A DNA stretch of 63,377 nt, the filler included, from Octopus bimaculoides (taxonomy: Eukaryota): the NCBI RefSeq assembly GCF_001194135.2. It is 7 parts of 7 records of this genome, joined end to end, with 100 filler letters (N's around TTAATTAATTAA, not from the genome) between each part and the next. Parts side by side here need not be neighbours in the genome. Positions count along the whole stretch, not along the records: positions 52,173 to 56,149 come from NC_068986.1; positions 56,250 to 59,445 come from NC_069002.1; positions 59,546 to 63,377 come from NC_068999.1; 4 more parts are not named here. One strand, given 5' to 3'. Below, piece by piece: positions 53,370 through 63,377 of the stretch. Position numbers and translations under genes: made by a program. The stretch's first letter is position 1, and every line of letters begins with the position of its first letter. The notes below the pieces were generated by a model that was given only the letters and a program-made list of their open reading frames with translations, made no database searches and was not told the DNA's origin.

Positions 53370-54019
53370 NNNNNNNNNNNNNNNNNNNNNNNNNNNNNNN
53401 NNNNNNNNNNNNNNNNNNNNNNNNNNNNNNNNNNNNNNNNNNNNNNNNNNNNNNNNNNNNNNNNNNNNNNNNNNNNNNNNNNNNNNNNNNNNNNNNNNNN
53501 NNNNNNNNNNNNNNNNNNNNNNNNNNNNNNNNNNNNNNNNNNNNNNNNNNNNNNNNNNNNNNNNNNNNNNNNNNNNNNNNNNNNNNNNNNNNNNNNNNNN
53601 NNNNNNNNNNNNNNNNNNNNNNNNNNNNNNNNNNNNNNNNNNNNNNNNNNNNNNNNNNNNNNNNNNNNNNNNNNNNNNNNNNNNNNNNNNNNNNNNNNNN
53701 NNNNNNNNNNNNNNNNNNNNNNNNNNNNNNNNNNNNNNNNNNNNNNNNNNNNNNNNNNNNNNNNNNNNNNNNNNNNNNNNNNNNNNNNNNNNNNNNNNNN
53801 NNNNNNNNNNNNNNNNNNNNNNNNNNNNNNNNNNNNNNNNNNNNNNNNNNNNNNNNNNNNNNNNNNNNNNNNNNNNNNNNNNNNNNNNNNNNNNNNNNNN
53901 NNNNNNNNNNNNNNNNNNNNNNNNNNNNNNNNNNNNNNNNNNNNNNNNNNNNNNNTATGTGTGTATGTGTGTGTATGTGTGTGTGTATGTGTGCATGCAT
54001 GTACCTAGGTTTGTGTGTC

Positions 54020-54063
<44 letters not shown>

Positions 54064-54086
54064 TATATATATACATGTATATATAC

Positions 54087-54138
<52 letters not shown>

Positions 54139-54425
54139 GTATATATATATACATATGTAAAATCAAATAGATTAAGTGTCCTTCCTGACTCAGAAAAACT
54201 GAAGACCGGTTTCCAGATTCTGCAGCTTTATAGCTTAACTTCCCCTTTGACAAGATACCGGCCTGCTGTAGGATTACTGAGTATTCCCAGAAACGTGAAA
54301 TGAAATGTTTGGGTCAAGTATCCAATGCATCGTCCGGTCCAGAATTCGAAACCACAATCTTACAATCATGAGTACAACTCCCTGACCACTATACCAGGCG
54401 CCTCCATATATACAATTATGTGTGC

Positions 54426-54456
<31 letters not shown>

Positions 54457-54777
54457 CGTATGTGTGTGTGTATGTGTATGTATATGTATGTATATCTATG
54501 TATGAATATATGTATATATGTATATTTGTAGGTATAGGTACACATGTACACCGCTATGTGCGCTTGTGCACATAAATGAAACGCGTGGGTGTATGTTTGC
54601 GTAAATAATAATTTATAGATAGAAATTTGTACTGTTTCTTTTGGTACAAATAGATATTGAACTCTAACAATCAAATCGATATTTCTCCTTTCTTTCTCGC
54701 TCAGACCTCTGCGTATATGCTTGCACACTCACACACCCACACACACGCACACACACACATACACACACACATGCACG

Positions 54778-54815
<38 letters not shown>

Positions 54816-55104
54816 CACACACATATTCTTGTTTCAGTCATTTGACTGCGGCCATGCTGGAGCCCCGTCTTTAGTCGAACAAATCGGCCCTAGGACTTAT
54901 TCTTTGTAAGCCTTGTACTTATTCTATCGACCTCTTTTGCCGAACCGCTAGTGTTACGGGTATGTAAACACACCAACATCGGTTGTCAAGCGATGGTGGA
55001 GGGACAAACACAGACACAGAAACACATACATATACACATACGATGGCCTTCTTTCAGTTTCACACACCCACATACGACGGGCTTCTTTCTTTTATACACA
55101 CATA

Positions 55105-55309
55105 CGAGGGATGCTGAATAATTCCTGTCTGTAAAGGCCTGGTTTGAGGCTCAGCGTTCCGTGTGGTTCTACAGAGCTTAGAAAAACTGAAGGACCGCTG
55201 AAATATGTGTGTGAAACTCAGAGGGGAATATTTTGAAAAAAATCACAATTAACTAGTCCCCCTGTATTTTATGTTATCCTCAAACCAGAAACTTTTCAAC
55301 ACGCCGTCG
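55105..55309 (+). mobile_element. Mariner internal-deletion derivative (MITE), 205 bp
   Basis: TA-CGAGGGATGCTGAATAATTCCTG ... CCAGAAACTTTTCAACACGCCGTCG-TA; retains transposase C-terminal end (LEKLKDR...LRGEYFE). Confidence 0.7.
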
Positions 55310-55389
55310 TACATACATGTATGTGTGTGTATACATACACATATATATCTTAGTTGAAGGTTGGGGCTCGTGGATTTATTTTTACTTTA

Positions 55390-55479
<90 letters not shown>

Positions 55480-55657
55480 TGTGTATATCAAATACTGAAA
55501 TAAGTTATGGGCCAACTATCACCAAATTATTCGATCCCTGCTCATACAACCATTTCTGTTTATTTTATGTTTTACTGTTTTTCAATGCCTTATTATTGTT
55601 ATAAGTTATCGTACTATAACATTTGCACAACGTATAGCATCATCATCATCATCATCG

Positions 55658-55688
<31 letters not shown>

Positions 55689-55997
55689 TATCATAATTTT
55701 ATTTGTCGTTAAAGTCATCGCCGTCATCACATTCCTCACTATCATCGTCACCATCTCGATCATTAATCATTTCTATTTTTCTTCTTCTTCTTCTTCTTAT
55801 TATTATTATTATTAAGGCGGTGACCTGGCACGCCGGGCTAAATGCTTAGCGGTATTTCACCTGTCGCTACGTTCTGAGTTCAAATTCCGCCGAGGTCGAA
55901 TTTGCCTTTCATCCTTACGGGGTCGATATCCACTCCCACAAAATGGCTGCGCTTATGGCAAAATTTCACGCCAATATTATTATCATTATTATTTTTT

Positions 55998-56035
<38 letters not shown>

Positions 56036-56049
56036 TATTAACATCATCA

Positions 56050-56099
<50 letters not shown>

Positions 56100-56709
56100 G
56101 AGGCGGCGAGCTGAGAGAATCTTTAGCGCGACTGTCGTAATGCTTAGCGNNNNNNNNNNNNNNNNNNNNNNNNNNNNNNNNNNNNNNNNNNNNTTAATTA
56201 ATTAANNNNNNNNNNNNNNNNNNNNNNNNNNNNNNNNNNNNNNNNNNNNGAAGAAGAAGAAGAAGAAGAAGAAGAAGAAGAAGAAGAAGAAGAAGAAGAA
56301 GAAGAAGAAGAAGAAGAAGAAGAAGAAGAAGAAGAAGAAGAAATCATCTGGTTAATTGAAAAATTCGCCAAGAAGTTGAAGGGACGTATGGCATGGTCTA
56401 TTCGTATACGCGGAACCTGAGTGGATGGCACAAAACTACAGGCTTATCTCTCTGATAACGAATTATCAGAGATTAATTAATCACGTTTATAGAAGAAAAT
56501 TACTTTCAAACTGACATTCAGCATGGCATCTGTCCGTATAAGAACTGTCTCATACAGCTTCTGCAACATTACGACTAGTATTTAAAAACAGCTATTCAAT
56601 CATTCACATTTGAACGTGGGATATCTCGAATTTTCGAAGGCGTTTGATAAATGTTGATCATGGAATGACATGTCACAAACTGTGAAATCTCAGCTTCATT
56701 GGAAAAGTA

Positions 56710-56885
56710 GAAGATGAGTTCTATATTTAAGAGATGAGGAATTATGCACATTGTTTACATTTGACAAATATTTGTCCTAATCTTGTTTGTTGTCAACACG
56801 TTTCGGCTGATATACCCTCCAGCCTTCATCAGGTGTCTTGGGGGAAATTTCGAACCTGGGTTTTCATTCCTAAGGTATTTTTCGA

Positions 56886-56935
<50 letters not shown>

Positions 56936-57003
56936 TCAATGCCTGGAATCGAACTCGGAATCTTAGCGTTAGTAGCTCGCGCTCTTAACCATTACACCAT
57001 ATG
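56710..57003 (-). mobile_element. tRNA-derived SINE: A/B-box head, (AAT)n spacer, hammerhead-bearing 3' body
   Basis: Head TGGTGTAATGG ... GAGTTCGATTCC at 57003-56941; body homologous to 38510-38724 and 57004-57214. Confidence 0.75.
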
Positions 57004-57041
57004 TCCAAGTTCGATTGCAGGCAGTGACCTGAATACTAATG

Positions 57042-57074
<33 letters not shown>

Positions 57075-57214
57075 TCGAAAAATGCCTTAGGAATGAGAAC
57101 CCAGGTTCTAATTTCCCCAAGACACCTGATGAAGGCTGGAGGGTATATCAGCCGAAACGTTGTATTAACAACAAACAAGATGAGGACAAATATTTGTCAA
57201 ATGTAAATAATGTG
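57004..57214 (+). mobile_element. Inverted partial copy of the same hammerhead-bearing SINE, starting just before the B box
   Basis: Reverse complement of 56747-56959 with scattered mismatches. Confidence 0.75.
57121..57166 (+). ncRNA. Hammerhead-ribozyme-like motif inside a tRNA-headed SINE
   Basis: GACAC-CTGATGA-A-GGCTG-GAGGGTATAT-CAGCC-GAAA-CG-T-T-GTATT; ACGT palindromic stem III, extra A after the core, one stem I mismatch. Confidence 0.6.
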
Positions 57215-57309
57215 AATAATATAAATAAAGTAGAAGAGTTGTTTTCTTGACATTTTGAGAGGCAGAATAAAACGACTGCAGCCAACGGGATTCACTGAAA
57301 GGAAACATC

Positions 57310-57607
57310 AGGGAACTTCTGGGGTCTATTGTTGTTGGTAGTGGCTGTATCAGATATACCTGAGTTCCACAGGCAGTTACTCTCCCTTGCTGTCATAAGC
57401 ATCTATCATCTTCTGACTTTAAGGGTATCGAGAAAAGGCTTGACTGGAGGACAAACCTTCCGAATTCTTTTACAGGGCTTTGAAAAACTGAAGGACTGCT
57501 GCAATGAGTTTGAATCTGAGACAGGAATATATTGAATAAAATCATAATTAACTGATCCTTCTGTATTTCTTTTATCCAAAGTCAGGAACTTTTCGGCTCC
57601 CCCGCGT
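57310..57607 (+). mobile_element. Mariner 3' fragment related to 55105-55309
   Basis: QGFEKLKDCC....L.Q.EYIE* then CAGGAACTTTTCGGCTCCCCCGCG-TA. Confidence 0.6.
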
Positions 57608-57611
57608 AGAC

Positions 57612-57665
<54 letters not shown>

Positions 57666-58360
57666 AAATAGTTAGATAAGATAGATAGATAAATAGAGAG
57701 AGAGATAAAGATATCCTTGCAAGCAAAGAAACCCAGTATGGTTCATATCGTTATATAGAGGTGATGTCCTATCTGATCACGTCGAATCATCACGTGTTAA
57801 ATCTGCCAAGCAGCTTCCTCAGAAACTATGTCTACCAGCGAACTAAACCAAAAATAGACAAACCTTAATAAAAAAGTTGCTAAAAAAATTTCAACAAACA
57901 AACAAACGGCACAATAATAACACAAAAACAAGCAGTCGAGTTTGTAGAGGAACGTATGACGATTAGAAATAGCAGCTATGTCTTCAAATTATAATGAACG
58001 GTCTTGTCAAGGCCGGGCATTTCCCAGAATGTAGTTTACAGTTTAAATGAAAATAAACAGCACCGACACCACTACCTCAGCCACTATCAACTTCACCACT
58101 ACACCAACCTCATCATCTCCACATTCTAAACTATCTCCACCACAATCGCCACCACCACAGACAGCAACAACTACACCCTCCCACTCATTCTGTCAACCAC
58201 CATCTTCACAGCTACTATCACCCGCACCACCACTACCACCATCATCATTACCACTACCGTAACGAGCGTCACCACGTCAATACCACCTCCACCACCATCA
58301 TATACATGCGTTTCGTTTTGTGTGTGCATGTATGTCTGTGTGTATGTAAGGATGTGTGCC

Positions 58361-58399
<39 letters not shown>

Positions 58400-59397
58400 T
58401 GTAGAAAAACAAACCTACTGGAATATGTAATACTTCTTTATTTTAATAGAAGTTAAAACATAGCATTCGTATGGGTTGAGGGCCGCAAATATGGCCGTTT
58501 GGTTATGAAGAACGATTCGCTCATTATAGGTTTCTTCTCTTTTTCTTAAAGTCGATCCCANNNNNNNNNNNNNNNNNNNNNNNNNNNNNNNNNNNNNNNN
58601 NNNNNNNNNNNNNNNNNNNNNNNNNNNNNNNNNNNNNNNNNNNNNNNNNNNNNNNNNNNNNNNNNNNNNNNNNNNNNNNNNNNNNNNNNNNNNNNNNNNN
58701 NNNNNNNNNNNNNNNNNNNNNNNNNNNNNNNNNNNNNNNNNNNNNNNNNNNNNNNNNNNNNNNNNNNNNNNNNNNNNNNNNNNNNNNNNNNNNNNNNNNN
58801 NNNNNNNNNNNNNNNNNNNNNNNNNNNNNNNNNNNNNNNNNNNNNNNNNNNNNNNNNNNNNNNNNNNNNNNNNNNNNNNNNNNNNNNNNNNNNNNNNNNN
58901 NNNNNNNNNNNNNNNNNNNNNNNNNNNNNNNNNNNNNNTATATATATATAACAGTAATTTTTCTAATACGTACATAATTTCAAAAAACGTTATAAAACCT
59001 CATTAAGATGTTTCCTTTCTGAGATTTAATGAATTTTCAGAGGGTAACCTCCTTTCTCTATGTACGTGGGCAGATAATGAATAGTCGTTTAAACGGTAGA
59101 ATGCGCAATCAGTTAAAAGAAAATATAGCAATAATATTTAATGACTCGGAGCTTTGCACCTGTAAATTAGATAGCACATGCAATATATATATACATATAT
59201 ATATGTGTGTGTATGCGTGTGTGTGTGCATATGTGTGTGTGCATATGTGTGTGTATATATAATGTAGGCAGCAGTGAGCAATGTGTACCCCAAAAGAAGA
59301 AAACTGTAACAGTCATTTAATATGACTAAAGGTGGAGTTACAAACACCAACATTACAAGAAGAGCTAAACGCTCTAATGCTTCAATCAAAGCACATA

Positions 59398-59445
<48 letters not shown>

Positions 59446-60987
59446 NNNNNNNNNNNNNNNNNNNNNNNNNNNNNNNNNNNNNNNNNNNNTTAATTAATTA
59501 ANNNNNNNNNNNNNNNNNNNNNNNNNNNNNNNNNNNNNNNNNNNNATATATATATATATAGGAGAAAAGAAAAAAGAGAAAATGCACATTGGATATAAAA
59601 AAAAATAAAGGCTATTTTATGAAAAGTAATGATACATGTATACAATTAGATGAACTGAAGTAGAATTGAGAGCTATAAAAGTCATGAATTATTAAAGAGA
59701 TTCAGACTCATACCGGTATCGTCAAAAGCTGTTCACTGATTTTGAATGAACACCGATTTCCAAACGGTGTCGGGTCTAATAGTCCCTGAGTGAAAAGATT
59801 ACATGCAAGGAGGAGGGGGTTTTGCGTTCAAATCTATCGTAAGTCATCCACAATGCTTCTCAGAATGATACTTTTTGTTTTTTAATACCTCGGTTCACCG
59901 ATATCAGAAATAGTTACCTCTGCTGCTGAGGAGAAACGGCTGTTGAAAGATCAATATCGTATCCAACAAAGTATTGTTTTTGATCCTGCAGTATAAACAA
60001 AGGTTTATTCGAAACGAATTAACACATGGCTATATGGTTTTGAAGCCTGCTTTGCAACCGTATAGTTTTTGGTTCAGTCTCACAGTACGGTACCTTAGGT
60101 GAGTGTCACTACTTTATCCCCAGGCTGACCAATGCTTTATAAGTAATGTTCATAGACGGAAATTGTATGTCCATCCTATACATGTGTGTGCGTGTATGTT
60201 TGTGTTTATGTTGTGTTTGTCCCCAACACCACTTGACAACCGATGTTGGTTTGTTTACGTTCCAGTACTAGAAACATTTTCTACGACTAAAACTTTCAAG
60301 GCGGTACCCCAGCATGACCGCAATCCAATGGCTGAAACAAGCAAAAGATAAAAGCTGTAAAGATATATTAGTGAAAGGAACATTCACTGTAATGTAACAC
60401 TCCAAAAAATTTTTAATCGGAATTATTAGTATAATTTTGTAACAGTTGATGACAGAGAAAATCTATTAAGTGATTTGGAATCACCACCCTAAATTTAGTA
60501 AAAATCGATGAAAACGATCATAACCTTCAGCAAGTGTCTTCTACTATAGCCTCGGGCCGACTGAACATGGAACCATGTGGTCGGAAAGCAAGCTTCTTAC
60601 TACTCTACCACGCCTGAAATCTTAAAATTGCTCCGACATAATTATCTACGCACAAAAGTTTGGAAGAAAAATTACTCCAGAGACAAAATTTTGAAACAAG
60701 ACTAAAGAAATATCGGACTTTGGCAGTGAAACTCATTCAAACAAAACCCAATATCGAAGAAGAAAGATGAAAAGTAGAATACAAAAGCAACCAATCGATT
60801 TTTTAAAATATTGCCAAGTTCGTTGTTTAGATATGACTAGGAAGAAAAATTTTATCCTCGGGTCAACTTCTTAGAAGCATTCAAATTCACTGACTCGTAT
60901 CGACTTTTCGATGAACTGGTCGGGAATTTAAAAATTTTATTTCATAATTAATCAACGAACGTCTTTCCATTGTTTATTTCTTCCTTC

Positions 60988-61440
60988 AGGCGGCGAGCTG
61001 GCAGAATCGTTAGAACGCTGGACAAAATGCTTAACGGTATTTCGCCCGTCTCTAGGTTCTGGGTTCAAATTCCGTCGAAATCGATTACATCGACTTTGCT
61101 TTTCATTCTGTCGGGTTCGATAAAATTAGTACCAGTTACGCACTGGGCTCGATGTAATCGACTTAATCCCTTCCCCAAACAATTTGAGGCCTTGTGCTTC
61201 CAGCAGAAAGAGTTATTTATTTCTTCCATCAGGCAGCGAGCTGACAGAATCGTTAGCACGCTGGACGAAATGGTTAGCTTTATTTCGCCAGTCGCTACGT
61301 TCTGAGTTCTAATTCTGCAGAGGTCGACTTTGCCTTTCATTCTTTCACAGTCGATAAAATAAGTACCAGTTGAAGACTGGGGTCGATGTAATCGACTCAT
61401 CCTCACCTCCCCCAAGCTACTCTTGTGGCAAAATTTGGAA
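60988..61440 (+). mobile_element. Two head-to-tail copies of SINE family B (about 243-bp period)
   Basis: GGC(G/A)GCGAGCTG(G/A)CAGAATCGTTAG...GTCGATAAAAT...CGATGTAATCGACT twice; other copies at about 17385-17580(-), 27372-27580(+), 28697-28905(+), 41060-41240(-), 50440-50687(-), 55815-55972(+), 63125-63299(-). Confidence 0.85.
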
Positions 61441-61850
61441 ATAATTATTTATTTTTTCCATCATGCTGATCACTAGGAACTTTATTATTTGAACAATATC
61501 ATATGTACTTTATTGAAGTCTTGAAGTATAAATACCCATTACAATTAATATTTAAGAAAATTATCCAAAAACGCACGTAGCCACGAGGATACCACTGAAG
61601 AATTTTCCGCTTTGAAGTGATTGAATGCAACAACCTTAGAGTTTTCTTTCGGATTTATTAAGCCAATCGGGAGAATGCTATCAAAATTGGATCAAGATTC
61701 CGGATAAATTTCGGTCTTATTATGCCTCGTCTATGAAGCGTACCAACCAGATCGTACAATTACTGAGAAAAATATATATGTAACATATGGTATAATTATA
61801 AGTAGTGCAAATTTTAGCTATTTCTCTGCAGACTGAAAACATGATGAACA

Positions 61851-61893
61851 ACCTTAATCGATTTTCGAACCTTATTGGGTTCTCATCAGAGGC
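61851..61893 (-). ncRNA. Minimal type I hammerhead ribozyme, Penelope-like-element type
   Basis: Minus strand GCCT-CTGATGA-GAACC-CAATAA-GGTTC-GAAA-ATCGAT-T-A-AGGT: complete core, 5-bp stem II, palindromic AATCGATT stem III, 4-bp stem I (one G-U). Confidence 0.85.
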
Positions 61894-63296
61894 GTCCACA
61901 TCATTTTGACAGTCTCTAGAGAAACAAGCAGCCAAGCTGTTTATATATTCAACAAATTCAGTAGTTACTCTATATAGTATTTTACTGAAAAGGATTTATG
62001 TAATTTAATGTTGGCACGAGAAAATTTCGATTTCAAATTATATGAGATCTTCCACGCGGTCATTTGACTTGCTTAGAAACAAGTGCTAATTCTGCATCAA
62101 ATCATATGATAATATCTTGAAAATTGGAAGGATACTTAAAATAATGTAGCCTAGAAAAAAGGCAAGGTGGTCACGACTAGAAAACATTTGATTACAGAAA
62201 GTATGTGAAAATATTGATCAGTTATAAAGTTACTCTTCGCTAAGGAATTATAGCGTTCAATAATAACACTTTCAGCTAGGAGAGGCTAAACCCTTGAAAG
62301 TTATTTAATCTTGATGTGGACAATATGAAGCAGCTTAGAAAGTAAGAGGAATGTTAATCCTTCAGTCATTAGAACATTTATCAATCGATTTGGTAAGTTG
62401 CAGCACACCATTATAACTGGTATCTATATATTATAAATGTTTCTATCTTAGATCAATCATATTTAGTCTTTTCGTAAGTCAATGTGAGGTTGGCTTTCAA
62501 CGCGTGAATCTGCGGTTTCTGTTGTGTAACGCTGATGCGAGTTGCTGGCCTTGCTCGTTTCATGACATGGAGGCAATTCAGGTCAGCATTGCGATCAATT
62601 GAATTCATTACCCTTCATGTCGTCACACTGTACAGTTGTAACATGTTCTCAAAATTGAGAAAAAGAAAAGAAATGCTCGCAACTTGACCATCTGATTATA
62701 GAAGAAAACAATCAAATTTTAATGTCGAGAGAAACGGAAACGATAAGGTTAATAGCCCGTTCTGGAAAACCAATACTATATTTTTACAATGTGTAGACAT
62801 GTATATTGATTTCATAAGACAATAAAAGAATATATCTGTTGTATTAAACCAATGATATATTGTCTTACGTTGATATTTACAAACTTGAAATATTTGTTTG
62901 CAAATTTTATTGCAAGGATAAATGAATATATTCACATCGTGTTTGCGGACACCTAAATTGGTATTTATCAATCTATTACATACAAATGTCAGAAATATGT
63001 CATTTTATTTCTTCATCGTATTATTTTTTTCTTTTTATATTATTTGTTTGATTGATTAGTTGTTTGTTTAGACAGCATCGCACAGATTAGAAAACACTCT
63101 CTCTTACACAATATACAACAATAGGGGTAAGTCGATTACATCGACCCTAGTGCGTAACTTGTACTTATTCAATCAATCCCGAAAGGATGAAAGGCAAAGT
63201 CGACTTCAGCGGAATTTGAACTCTGAATGTAGCGGCAGACGAAATATCGCTAAGCCATTTCGCCCGGCGTGCTAATGATTCTGCTAGCGAGCTGCC

Positions 63297-63377
<81 letters not shown>

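Noticed and set aside
56941-57003. tRNA gene (also SINE heads at 40682, 46802 and 48833)
   Set aside because: No pairing acceptor stem, a broken anticodon stem, and each continues into a repeat body; these are SINE heads

Overview
AT-rich, microsatellite- and transposon-dense animal genomic DNA. The repeat landscape is consistent with an octopod cephalopod (Octopus sp.); this is an inference. The window is stitched from at least 7 blocks joined by 100-nt gaps carrying an artificial TTAATTAATTAA six-frame-stop linker. Two partial spliced genes can be reconstructed by hand. (1) Thirteen minus-strand exons (27796 down to 7903) encode domain II and part of the C-terminal tail of two-pore channel 1 (TPCN1); all have GT-AG boundaries and compatible phases. 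(2) Four plus-strand exons (32152-36503) encode the C-terminal part of an ENPP6/7-like ecto-phosphodiesterase with a Ser/Thr/Pro-rich stalk and a GPI-type tail. The rest is tRNA-derived SINEs, RTE/CR1/Tx1/R4 LINE fragments, Tc1/mariner relics, and piggyBac-, hAT- and Helentron-like non-autonomous elements. The most notable signals are: an intact minimal type I hammerhead ribozyme (61851-61893, minus) with degenerate neighbours; a tRNA-headed SINE whose body carries a hammerhead motif, with two copies forming a ~470-bp head-to-head palindrome; a clean twin-primed, 5'-inverted RTE insertion with an 11-bp TSD; and a ~200-bp foldback in a TPCN1 intron. No database searches or folding programs were run; family names come from recognising motifs.
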